A DNA stretch of 45,166 bases from Candidatus Roizmanbacteria bacterium CG09_land_8_20_14_0_10_41_9 (GTDB lineage: Bacteria > Patescibacteriota > Microgenomatia > UBA1406 > GWC2-37-13). This document shows, one piece after another, positions 9,973-19,184 of this stretch (position 1 is the first letter of the stretch; every line of letters begins with the position of its first letter). Under the pieces are notes generated by a model. That model saw only the letters and a program-made list of their open reading frames with translations, made no database searches and was not told the DNA's origin. The translations under genes were made by a program, and so were the position numbers. The DNA lies in NCBI GenBank assembly GCA_002774185.1, contig PEZG01000057.1:1-45166 (forward strand), given 5' to 3'.

Positions 9973-10745
9973 TTATAATGGATAATGTTTTTGGTACCAT
10001 TCTATAGTTTTTTGTAATCCATTTTTAAGAGAGGTAGAGGGAATGTATTCGATTTCTTTTAAAGTGTTTATATCTCCTATAGTTGTTGAATGATCAGGTT
10101 CCCCTCTTCTCATCGGTGAATATGTCAATCTGCTTCTAGAGTGCGATAGTTGAATAATCATTTTTGCTAATTTATTTACTGTGGTTTTAACGCCAGTTCC
10201 AGCTTCTATTATATGATAGATTTTACCTTTAAATTCCATTGTTTTCAGCATGACTTGAACTAAATCCCCTACGTAAACGAGGTCAAGGGTTTGACGTCCA
10301 TTGCCATAAATTTCCAATGGTTTATTTTTTAGAGCATTAATGGTAAAGAATGGCACAGCTTTTCTTACTGGTTCATATTTTTGTCTCGGACCATAAGTAT
10401 TCAATCCTCTTACTACTTTAATATCAAGATCATATTCTATAGCGTACATTAAAGAAAACTTTTCTACGGCAAGTTTTGTAATTGCATACGGGTTTAGCCA
10501 ATCGATTCCACCGATTGTTATAATTAGTCCTCTTTTCTTGTGTGTTTTTATAGCTTCAAGTATATTTAGTGTTCCAATAATATTTGATTCGACTGCCGAA
10601 TAAATATTTTCCAACGTTTCAGAAGTTCCTAAGAGTGCGGCAAGATGAAATATGTAGTCAAATTTAGCGATAGTATTACTAATTAACTCTTTATCTAAAA
10701 CATTTCCTTGTATATATTTAACTTTTCCCCATCCGTCATAATTTA
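9973..10745 (-). pseudogene. NAD-dependent epimerase/dehydratase, 5'-truncated at the IS1595 end
   Basis: The frame is open upstream of 10614 (YDGWGKVKYIQGNVLD...YIFHLAA) up to the IS end; YxxxK and N.YGP are present; the GxxGxxG N-terminus is absent. Confidence 0.8.
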
Positions 10746-11583
10746 GGGTAAACTTAAGTATTAGCCACTAAGTTAAATAGTCTTTTAACTTTCTTTTCAA
10801 TTGGTAACTCTCTGTAATTATATCTCCAAACATATTCTGCTAAATAGTATGACAATCTTTCTTTCCTAATTCCGCCTCTTGATGCTAATTGTCTTTTAAG
10901 GTAACCGAAAAATCCTTCAAGCCCGTTGATATGACTTTTACCTTTGACATACTCTTGTTTGGCATGCTCTACAGTTCTGTGAACATATCCTTTGGTCGCC
11001 AGTCCTGTGTATGCCCTCCAGGTATCAGAGTTAACTCTACTACCCCTTTTAATCCTTTTTTCAATGATTGGTATTAAGTCTTTTGCCTCTGCATCCGGGA
11101 CAATCGTTGCCCATACCCTGCCACATCTTGCTAAGATTCCAAATACAGGCTGTTTTGTTGTCCCAAGTCCACGCTTACTCGGTTTTTGACTTTTCTTAAC
11201 AGATTTTCTTTTAAACTTCCACTGTCCGCCCAGATATGTTTCATCAACTTCCACTTCTCCTTCAAAAACTTCCGGTATATCAACTGCCATTACCTGTCTT
11301 ACCAGATTTAAAGCTTTCAAGACTTTGTATTCGGAGATGTCTGTTTCTTTAACAATAACATTCAGGCTTTGACATCTTAAAAACCACTTTAAAAGAGCTT
11401 CCCATTGATACTTCGTTAAACGCATTCCACCTATCTTCGGTGTAAATTCATACCGGCAGTTTTTACACCTTAATTTACCTCTTCTAACCTTCCAAAATCT
11501 TTTTCCAAAACATTTTTTACATTTAGCCTGATACATAGCCCTAAGTTTAACATTCTCAGTGGCTATTTTTCAAGATTACCCTA
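10744..11583 (-). mobile_element. IS1595-family insertion sequence (element 1)
   Basis: TIRs TAGGGTAAACTTAAGTATTAGCCACTAAG vs TAGGGTAATCTTGAAAAATAGCCACTGAG (23/29 match); no 8-bp TSD. Confidence 0.85.
10754..11536 (-). CDS. IS1595-family DDE transposase
   Basis: N-terminal CxxC..CxxC, EVEVDETY.GG, SD.W.AY, HINGLEGF, YL.E..WRYN. Confidence 0.93.
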   Translation of the reverse strand: MYQAKCKKCFGKRFWKVRRGKLRCKNCRYEFTPKIGGMRLTKYQWEALLKWFLRCQSLNVIVKETDISEYKVLKALNLVRQVMAVDIPEVFEGEVEVDETYLGGQWKFKRKSVKKSQKPSKRGLGTTKQPVFGILARCGRVWATIVPDAEAKDLIPIIEKRIKRGSRVNSDTWRAYTGLATKGYVHRTVEHAKQEYVKGKSHINGLEGFFGYLKRQLASRGGIRKERLSYYLAEYVWRYNYRELPIEKKVKRLFNLVANT

Positions 11584-11815
11584 GCATATAATAAATGTTT
11601 TGTCAAGCCAAAGTTTCGAGTTTTTTTTACTATTAAAAGAAATTCTTTTTTTGGATGATTCTATATTTTAATTTGTCGACAAAAGTATATCGCAATAAAA
11701 AATTTTACTGAAGGGAAATGGAGTTAATAATTAATCCTTTATAAAAAACAACATTATCCTTACTTTCCTTTTAAATTAAAATAAAGAATCTATTTAAGTA
11801 AGTTGGGGAACTAGT

Positions 11816-12691
11816 TTAGGTGTTTAATGATTTAAGAAAGCTTTTAAATTTTTCTTTTATCTCTGGATGCTCCAAGGCGAACTCTACCACTGTTTTCATA
11901 TATTCAAATTTATTTCCAGTGTCGTAGTATTTTCCATTTTTAACAACAAGCGCGTATACGGGCATTCCCTGTTTTTTTAAAAGGTTTATGGCGTCAACTA
12001 ACCAAATTTCTCCTCCTTTCCCTGGTTTAATCTGTTTTAAAGCGGCGAAAATATTAGGCGGTAAAATATAGCCACCTATGATTCCAATATTTGAAGGTGC
12101 TTCATTAGGTTCTGGTTTTTCTATAATCTCCTTTATTTTATACAGATTTCCTTCAACTTGCTCAACATCAGCAATTCCATACCGTTTAAGATCCTCTTTT
12201 TTTTCGATTATAAAAGCAGAAGTAATAATTCCCCCATATTTTTCATAAGCTTCAATCATTTGAGCAAGACGCGGAGGTCTAGAATAAATGAATTCATCTC
12301 CCCATAAAACAGCAAAAGGTTCATTTTCTATAACTGGTTCTGCTGATAGTACAGGTGTTCCGTTGCCATATGGTCCTTTTTGCCTAATATAAATAAAATT
12401 CGCAAGATTAGAAATTGCCTCAATATTATCGAGTAGTTCACATTTTTTTGCTTGAAGTAAATTTTTAACAAGATCTTCATTAGGAGAATCGAAATGATCC
12501 TCGATTGCTCTCTTGTTAGATCCTGTTATAATAATGACATTTTTTATTCCTGACGCGGCCGCTTCCTCAACGACGTATTGGATCACTGGTTTATCAACGA
12601 TGGGAAGCATTTCCTTAGGCATGGCTTTCGTTTGAGGGAGAAAACGGGTTCCAAATCCTGCGGCAGGGATGATTACCTTGGATGGTCTCAT
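11816..12691 (-). CDS. galU: UTP--glucose-1-phosphate uridylyltransferase
   Basis: IPAAGFGTRFLP.TKA.PKEMLPIVDKP, GEIWLVDA, YDTG. Confidence 0.93.
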   Translation of the reverse strand: MRPSKVIIPAAGFGTRFLPQTKAMPKEMLPIVDKPVIQYVVEEAAASGIKNVIIITGSNKRAIEDHFDSPNEDLVKNLLQAKKCELLDNIEAISNLANFIYIRQKGPYGNGTPVLSAEPVIENEPFAVLWGDEFIYSRPPRLAQMIEAYEKYGGIITSAFIIEKKEDLKRYGIADVEQVEGNLYKIKEIIEKPEPNEAPSNIGIIGGYILPPNIFAALKQIKPGKGGEIWLVDAINLLKKQGMPVYALVVKNGKYYDTGNKFEYMKTVVEFALEHPEIKEKFKSFLKSLNT

Positions 12692-12696
12692 GGATA

Positions 12697-13113
12697 TTAG
12701 TTGAATTTGATGGTAATTTTCTTCTCAAGACTGACGTAATTATCTACGATGGCTTGTATCTCTGCAATACCAGCCTCTTTCGATATGAGGACGAATGTTG
12801 CCTTGCCAGACGACTTCTCGCTCATAAGATCGTTTTCCCTAAGGGTCCCGAGCGTTGTCTCCAGGTGTACTTTTTTATTTTCCAGTGGGGCATTATTCAT
12901 ATTCCTAACAAAGACATTTATTTGTACCGTATCCTCACCGTCAGCTTTGGAGGAAAGGGGCCAGGCAAAAATCAAGGAATTTTGGGGAGAAGGAATAGTC
13001 TCTTCTTTTGCCCGAGAAAGGCGGGTTAAGGGTTTATTAAAGAATACTAAAGACACGAAAATGAGGAAGGAAAAAATGAAAAGAGACATCAACACAACAA
13101 GCCTTTTATCCAT
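12697..13113 (-). CDS. Membrane-anchored protein with a bacterial Ig-like (Big_1-type) domain
   Basis: N-terminal TM helix; ADG.D...I.VFVRN..N.P....V.L...G pattern. Confidence 0.55.
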   Translation of the reverse strand: MDKRLVVLMSLFIFSFLIFVSLVFFNKPLTRLSRAKEETIPSPQNSLIFAWPLSSKADGEDTVQINVFVRNMNNAPLENKKVHLETTLGTLRENDLMSEKSSGKATFVLISKEAGIAEIQAIVDNYVSLEKKITIKFN

Positions 13114-13151
13114 AATATATAAGAATAACAGCTTTCCTATCGTTTGTCAAA

Positions 13152-14270
13152 TTAGACCGGGAAGCCCCTCTTTTTTAAAGCAGCAACGATTGTTTCGTGG
13201 ATTTCCTGGCGGGAAAGAAGAGTGTCTTTCTCAACGCATTGGATTTGAATCCAGTTATATTTTTTAGCTAGGGAAAGATACATATTCTCAGATGCAATCC
13301 GATGGGCAAGGTCTTTCTCGTGAATATCTTTCTCCTTTCCTTTTAAATATTCCCTTGTTCCTTTTTTTTCCGTTAATTTCATCCCTATCTGCCAGGGGAC
13401 ATAAAGGTAGATGACCGCGTCCTCTTTTGGGATTTTATGGACCTTATATTCAAGCTCATACACCCATTTTAAAAATGCGTTCCGGTCTTTTTCATTAGTG
13501 AATTTTGCCCCCTGGTGTCCCATGTTGGATGTGGCATACCGATTTGCGATGATCACTCCTCCCTTTTCCAAGAAATCATTCATTTCAGCCTTCACAGAGG
13601 CTCTATCGAGCGCATACGCGAGTGAAGCCAAGTAGGGAGAAACTTGATCAATGGTTCCGAATTCTCCCCGCAGAAATTTAGCGACGGTTTTGCCATGAAA
13701 AGATGAGTAGTATTGGGGGAAATCGACGTATTTGACCGAGATTTTTTTCTTCTTTAAGTGAGAGATGAGTAAGTTAGCTTGAGTAGTTTTACCCGACCCA
13801 TCGCTTCCATCAATAACAATGAATATCCCCCTTTTTCTTTTAAGCTTCTTTATGTAGCGAAAAAAATCCTTGATAACGTAGGGCAGCTTACCTTCGTTGT
13901 AGTACTCAAGAAACAGATTTTCCGATGGATTACCCTCAACCATAGGAGAAATCTGATCCTCGTAGTTCTCCAACACAAGAGCAAGTACTGGTTTATTCTG
14001 GGTAAGCGCGTATACGATTTCGCCTCCCACCCCCAGAGAGGGTTTGGTCACCTCCGCTACAACACAATCGGCTACGTCGATGAGTTTTTTTTGGCGAATA
14101 AAAATTTCTTTCGGGGTAAGTTGGGAATCTTGCTTGAGAAGGTCCTTATCCACGGTCTGCTTACCGGAAACAAGCATTTCCCTACTCCGCTTTATCTGTG
14201 CGAGAATCTTTCCATAGTGGCGTTGGAATTCTTCTCCTCCCGATGTTGAGGCGGTAAAATAGATGTTCAT
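13152..14270 (-). CDS. tmk: Fusion of a DNPH1/Rcl-like deoxynucleotide N-hydrolase (NDT fold) and thymidylate kinase
   Basis: N-term IYF.AS..GG, AD.VVAEVT.PSLGVGGE, KPVL.L; C-term IDGSDGSGKTTQ, FP.Y, DR, NRY..SN. Confidence 0.85.
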   Translation of the reverse strand: MNIYFTASTSGGEEFQRHYGKILAQIKRSREMLVSGKQTVDKDLLKQDSQLTPKEIFIRQKKLIDVADCVVAEVTKPSLGVGGEIVYALTQNKPVLALVLENYEDQISPMVEGNPSENLFLEYYNEGKLPYVIKDFFRYIKKLKRKRGIFIVIDGSDGSGKTTQANLLISHLKKKKISVKYVDFPQYYSSFHGKTVAKFLRGEFGTIDQVSPYLASLAYALDRASVKAEMNDFLEKGGVIIANRYATSNMGHQGAKFTNEKDRNAFLKWVYELEYKVHKIPKEDAVIYLYVPWQIGMKLTEKKGTREYLKGKEKDIHEKDLAHRIASENMYLSLAKKYNWIQIQCVEKDTLLSRQEIHETIVAALKKRGFPV

Positions 14271-14295
14271 TTCAATATAGTACCAGAAAAGACCA

Positions 14296-16536
14296 TTAGG
14301 TCAAGTTGATCGTATCCCCCGACTTTGCTGTATTCTCCAAAATCTGCTGTGATACGGTATTTTCAATTCCTTCTGAGATGACTCGCTCCATATCCCGCGC
14401 TCCGAATTTCTCGTCATATTTGGCATCGACAAGTTTTCTCACATAGGCATCTGATACCACAACTGTCACATTGTAAAGTTTTTTTATATCCTCCTGGATT
14501 TTCCCAACCATTTGTTTTGCTATCTTGAATATGGATTCTTTAGAAAGCATTTTGTAGACGATGATCCCATCAAACCGGTTGAGGAATTCGGGAGCAAAGA
14601 TTTTCTGCTCAATCAAGTAATTCGTTATAGAGTTGTAGTCCGGGGATGGACCGTTTTCTGGCACTGAACAGAAGAGGGAAGAGCCGGCGTTGGAAGTAGC
14701 GATAATTACAAGGTTTTTACAATCAACGCGCTTTCCAGATCCATCCGTGATATATCCCTCATCCAACAGAGTAAGGAAGATATTGAGAAGGTCCTCGTTC
14801 GCTTTTTCGATCTCGTCGAGGAGGAGTACTCCGTAGGGTTTTTCACGAATCGCCTTCGTAAGGAGACCAGGCGTGTTTGTTTCCGATGACCCAATCAGGT
14901 TAGGGATATCATTCTTGGATTGGTACAGGGACATGTCGAAACGGATAAGGTAGGTTTCAGACCCAAAGAAAATCCGTGCGATGGATTTGGCGGTTTCGGT
15001 TTTCCCAACGCCTGTTGGACCCAGAAACAAAAAGGTAGCCAAGGGTTTTTTGCGTTTTCCGATGAGGAGGAACGCACGTTTCAATGACGAGGAGAGTTTT
15101 TCCACCGCTTCTTCCTGGTCAATGATGGTTGTTTGTAGCTCATGCTGGAGATTCAAGAGCCTTTCTTTCGTTTGTGCGGTTATGGTGGTTGGGATATGGG
15201 TCTGTTCGGTTAAAATTTTGTCGACAGCTTCGGGGAGAACCTGCGTTCTGTTTGAACTCTGTTTTGTATATACGCACGCACTATCCAAAAGGTCGACCGC
15301 CTTTTCCGGGAATGGAATATAGGTGATGTAATAATTGCTTTTGTCTATCGTGTTTTTTACGGTTTCATAGGGAATAGTGACGTTGTATCTTTTCTCAAAT
15401 AGAGGAGTTTTCAGAAGCATAATGTGTTCTGCTTCCTCTGGTGGGACTTCGTACACGTCGATTTTTTGAAATAGCCGATTTACTGCTTCGTTCGGGAAGA
15501 CAAACTTCTGGTACGAGAAAGAGTCGGTAATGCCGAGAATCTGGAGGAAGGATGATTTTGCGTATGTTTGCAGAGGGATACTCAAATCAACTCTTCCTTC
15601 CCCGACGAAGATATATTTTTCCATATCGTCAATCAACAGGATGACGTTTTTCGCGTCCGCCGCTTCCTTCAAAAGCTCTCCAAAAAACTCCTCTCGTTGT
15701 TTTTGATCCGTGTATTGGGTAAGAATTTTTTCCATATTGAGCTTAAGAACCCGTTTATACATCAATAATTGATTGGTTTTTCCTTCATAGATCCGCTTTG
15801 CTAAAGCGTCAACAATCGTGTGTTTTCCGACTCCTTCTTCCCCAACAATGAGGACATTTGCTTCTTCGGATTTTGATAGGGTTCGTTCTATTTCGTTTAT
15901 TTCTTTTTCACGATTTACAACATTCCTCAATTTTTTTTGGTAATCCGTTGAGGTTAAATCAAATACATATGGATCAAGGGTAGGAGTGTAGCCGAGAGCC
16001 CAATCCCGCGCGACAGGGGGAATTGAGAAAAGATTGTGCGTTGTCCACCACCGAGATTCATTGATTGTGTTTTGATACAATTCTTCAAACCAATTTACGA
16101 CACGCTCTCTGTTTTCCGGTACCATTAAGTGAGTTGACAGAAAACGCTCCAATTGGATGTTTTTTTCGTCCGTTGTCGTTTTTTTAAAAAAAGAGAATAC
16201 GTAGAAAACAGGAAGAAGGGCGAGTTCCATAAGGATAAAAAATGGAAAAAGGAACAAAAAAAGAATTTGGAATACCAGATAGATTCCAAGAACACAAAGA
16301 CGCATAGAAAACCCGATAAAGATTGAGATCAGATCAAATCCAAGTCTGCCGAACCACTCGCTCAAAGAAAATCCAACAGTGGCTTTTCTGGATATGAGAT
16401 TTTTCCAAGGATGGAAGAGGGTTTTAACCAACGTGTTCACTGAAAAATAGTATGGGATAAAGATGAGTATGTTCGCTAGAAATTCAAAGAAAGATCGGAG
16501 GGTTTTTTTGCTAAATGAAAAGAAATTTTCATCCAT
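14296..16536 (-). CDS. ClpA/B-like double AAA+ ATPase with N-terminal transmembrane region
   Basis: GEEGVGKHT, FPEKAVDLLD, FLGPTGVGKTE, DMS, LLDEIEKA, PEFLNRFD, FGAR; hydrophobic N-terminus; likely start ATG 16536. Confidence 0.85.
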   Translation of the reverse strand: MDENFFSFSKKTLRSFFEFLANILIFIPYYFSVNTLVKTLFHPWKNLISRKATVGFSLSEWFGRLGFDLISIFIGFSMRLCVLGIYLVFQILFLFLFPFFILMELALLPVFYVFSFFKKTTTDEKNIQLERFLSTHLMVPENRERVVNWFEELYQNTINESRWWTTHNLFSIPPVARDWALGYTPTLDPYVFDLTSTDYQKKLRNVVNREKEINEIERTLSKSEEANVLIVGEEGVGKHTIVDALAKRIYEGKTNQLLMYKRVLKLNMEKILTQYTDQKQREEFFGELLKEAADAKNVILLIDDMEKYIFVGEGRVDLSIPLQTYAKSSFLQILGITDSFSYQKFVFPNEAVNRLFQKIDVYEVPPEEAEHIMLLKTPLFEKRYNVTIPYETVKNTIDKSNYYITYIPFPEKAVDLLDSACVYTKQSSNRTQVLPEAVDKILTEQTHIPTTITAQTKERLLNLQHELQTTIIDQEEAVEKLSSSLKRAFLLIGKRKKPLATFLFLGPTGVGKTETAKSIARIFFGSETYLIRFDMSLYQSKNDIPNLIGSSETNTPGLLTKAIREKPYGVLLLDEIEKANEDLLNIFLTLLDEGYITDGSGKRVDCKNLVIIATSNAGSSLFCSVPENGPSPDYNSITNYLIEQKIFAPEFLNRFDGIIVYKMLSKESIFKIAKQMVGKIQEDIKKLYNVTVVVSDAYVRKLVDAKYDEKFGARDMERVISEGIENTVSQQILENTAKSGDTINLT

Positions 16537-16571
16537 AAAAAAATTATATACCACTCCGCTTCGACTTTGCA

Positions 16572-16710
16572 ACTTTTGACGTATGCCTACCGAAGCTTTC
16601 AAATTGAGATAAGTATCCGATTTAATAAGCTGACTTTGTTTTATGATCGAAGCTCCGTTAGGTATTACACCCCTGCAATTTGAAAGTTAAGGGGCATAAC
16701 AGGTTTTGGG
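16572..16710 (+). ncRNA. Candidate long-hairpin structured RNA (6S-like size/shape, unassigned)
   Basis: TATGCC/GGCATA and CTTTCAAATTG/CAATTTGAAAG nested stems; G-U pairs favour the + strand. Confidence 0.3.
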
Positions 16711-16767
16711 GATTGCTCTTGACATTTCGATAGGATACGCAATAATAATACTACTTTATTCTTAAGC

Positions 16768-17835
16768 ATGAACAAAAGACGAAAAAGAAAATCTTCTAAC
16801 GGATCGTTGAATCGCTCGCTTCCCAAAACCGTCGGAATCATTTATAGTGACGTAAAACGAGAATATTTTCCAACCGAAGTCCAGTATATAACGGAAAAGG
16901 ATGCATTGCACGATGCCCAGGTGATTTCGCTGTACCTAAAAAAGCTGCGGATAAAGACCCTATTGTATCCTGGAAATGCAACGCTTACGCAGAAACTTAG
17001 GCGGGATAAACCAAACGCCGTGCTAAATTTAGCGGGTTCTGTTAAGGGGAATGAATATCTTGCGTCATCCATTCCCGCAGTACTTGAACTTTTAGAAATT
17101 CCTTATACGGGAGCTGGTATTTTGGGAGAATCATTAAGCTATAATAAATTCCTTGTCAAAAAGCTCCTAGAACAGAATGGGGTACCGGTTCCCCAATATC
17201 AACTATTCAATAGACCATTCGATCTATTCAATCCTACGCTTCGTTTTCCCTTAATTTCAAAACTGAATGAGATTCATGGCTCAGTGGAGATAACAAAGGA
17301 TTCCATATCGGAAAATGAGAAACACCTACGTGCACGCTTAAAATTTCTTATTAAAACCTATGAGCAGCCTGTACTAGTGGAGGAATTCATTGCGGGCAGG
17401 GAGATTACCGCGATACTTCTGGAAGGACTGAATAAAAAAGTTTATCTGGCTGAGAGAGTATTCAAAAAAAACAATGAAAAATATGTGTTCGCTTCTTTTG
17501 AGAATCAATGGCTTAAGGATAGCGATGAATCTTTTACCTACGTGAAATACCGAGATAAACTTCTGGTGGAATACGTAAAGAAAGCTTTTGATATCACCCG
17601 GATGTCAGATTATGGCAAATTTGATATTCGTTTGGATAATTCGGGCCGGTATTTTTTCCTTGATTGTAATAGTAATCCTGCCTTTGGTCCGAAAGAAATG
17701 GATTGTGCGCTAGCGAATATTTTGGATTTATTTAACATATCCTTCCCAAATATTTTAAAACGATTGCTACAGAATACTATCCGCGACGCAATAGGTAAAA
17801 AACTTCTTCCACTTACGAACAACGGGAGATCATGA
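16768..17835 (+). CDS. D-Ala-D-Ala-ligase-like ATP-grasp protein
   Basis: IPYTG, K...K, FPLI.K....GS, VEEFI.GREIT, DIR...LDCNSNP; lacks the Ddl GGxSxE motif. Confidence 0.7.
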   Translation: MNKRRKRKSSNGSLNRSLPKTVGIIYSDVKREYFPTEVQYITEKDALHDAQVISLYLKKLRIKTLLYPGNATLTQKLRRDKPNAVLNLAGSVKGNEYLASSIPAVLELLEIPYTGAGILGESLSYNKFLVKKLLEQNGVPVPQYQLFNRPFDLFNPTLRFPLISKLNEIHGSVEITKDSISENEKHLRARLKFLIKTYEQPVLVEEFIAGREITAILLEGLNKKVYLAERVFKKNNEKYVFASFENQWLKDSDESFTYVKYRDKLLVEYVKKAFDITRMSDYGKFDIRLDNSGRYFFLDCNSNPAFGPKEMDCALANILDLFNISFPNILKRLLQNTIRDAIGKKLLPLTNNGRS

Positions 17836-18270
17836 AGATTTGTCCGTGCTACCCCATCCTCCTCGAGAAGCTTTTGAGAGAGCTCGTTTTTCTATGAAAG
17901 AGGTAATCTTGGCAATTTTAACGCATATTGCTTGCGCAATACGTTCTCCCTTTTCCACCGTGACCGGTTCTTTTGAAAAATTCACTACCTGGAGACCGAT
18001 TTCATCCTTGTCCCCGTGGTAATCTTGGTCAATGATCCCAATACCGTTGGAGACCATAAGTGTTTTTTTGATGGGAAGAGACGACCGGCACGCCAAAAGC
18101 AAAAAGTATCCTTTGGGAATCTTGATGATTACATTTAAAGGAATGATCGTCGGTTGGAATGGGAGGATGATTTTTGATTCGCGCGCTACAAGGTCGAAGG
18201 CGACAGATCCCTTTGTTTGATACTGGGGAAGAGGGAGAATTTTGTCAATTCGCTTTATCTGTATTTTCAT
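17830..18270 (-). CDS. dut: Trimeric dUTP diphosphatase
   Basis: AFDL, RSS, GIIDQDYHG, GERIAQ, RGGWGST. Confidence 0.93.
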   Translation of the reverse strand: MKIQIKRIDKILPLPQYQTKGSVAFDLVARESKIILPFQPTIIPLNVIIKIPKGYFLLLACRSSLPIKKTLMVSNGIGIIDQDYHGDKDEIGLQVVNFSKEPVTVEKGERIAQAICVKIAKITSFIEKRALSKASRGGWGSTDKSS

Positions 18271-18302
18271 ACTAGGTATTTATAGCATATTTGAATCTAC
18301 TT

Positions 18303-19157
18303 TTATATGACGAGAAGAACTCCAATAGAACTGATACATACTCCGACGATTTTCCTTAACAAATTTTTCCTTTCCTTTAAAAAAACTACGGCCAGTATTA
18401 CGGTCATAATGGTAGTTGTTTGATTTATTGAAGCGATCTGTGCGGCATTTTTCCCGACTTTGTATGCTTCAAATATGGTTACGGCTTGTATTGCGTACAA
18501 AAGAATGAATACTATCAATCGGGCAAGAGTTTTGACCCGAAATACTGTTTTTATCTTCATAAGCGGCCGGCGGTAAACAGCCCCTATGAATAGTCCTTGG
18601 GCGAAAAGAACCAAAGCGAAATAGAAGGAAACATTTATTTTTGTAATCACATACGCATCATTCACAAATTCCATTCCATAGCAGATCGCGGCAAAAATCG
18701 CTAAGACATACCCTGAATGGAAAGAAAAAGACTTTTTTTCCCAAGAAATAAGAACAATACTCAAAATTATGAACATCGTCCCTATGAATTGAACGGAGGA
18801 AAACGGTTCTTTCAAAAACAGGATGGCGGAAGCGATGGTGAAAAAAACCCTAGATGAAAAAATAATAGTGAATTCAGAGGCATCAATCCGCTTCAGTGCC
18901 TGAAAAATCAACGCGTTTCCCACTCCATACAAAAGAATAGGAAGAACAATATTGGGTATGAACGGTATGAGATTTGGGATGGTCACGCCACGGATGAAGA
19001 CGTAACCTCCGAGCGTTAAACCGGTCAGAATCTGGAATACGATACAGAATGCAATAGGATCACTATCAGGTTCTTTGAGCAATGTTTTTTGCAAAAGTAC
19101 GGAAATAGCGTACGTAGCGATACTTATCGTAAGAAGTATTTGCCATCCGTTAATCAT
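18303..19157 (-). CDS. EamA/DMT-family transporter
   Basis: ~10 TM helices, duplicated LFLKE/VFLKE motif. Confidence 0.85.
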   Translation of the reverse strand: MINGWQILLTISIATYAISVLLQKTLLKEPDSDPIAFCIVFQILTGLTLGGYVFIRGVTIPNLIPFIPNIVLPILLYGVGNALIFQALKRIDASEFTIIFSSRVFFTIASAILFLKEPFSSVQFIGTMFIILSIVLISWEKKSFSFHSGYVLAIFAAICYGMEFVNDAYVITKINVSFYFALVLFAQGLFIGAVYRRPLMKIKTVFRVKTLARLIVFILLYAIQAVTIFEAYKVGKNAAQIASINQTTTIMTVILAVVFLKERKNLLRKIVGVCISSIGVLLVI

Positions 19158-19184
19158 AAAAGTATGGATATGACCCTTTTTTTA

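Noticed and set aside
4059..15326. Long antisense ORFs (e.g. 4059-4655, 12749-13267, 13779-14249, 14981-15322)
   Set aside because: They are shadows of well-supported genes on the opposite strand and show no recognisable motifs.
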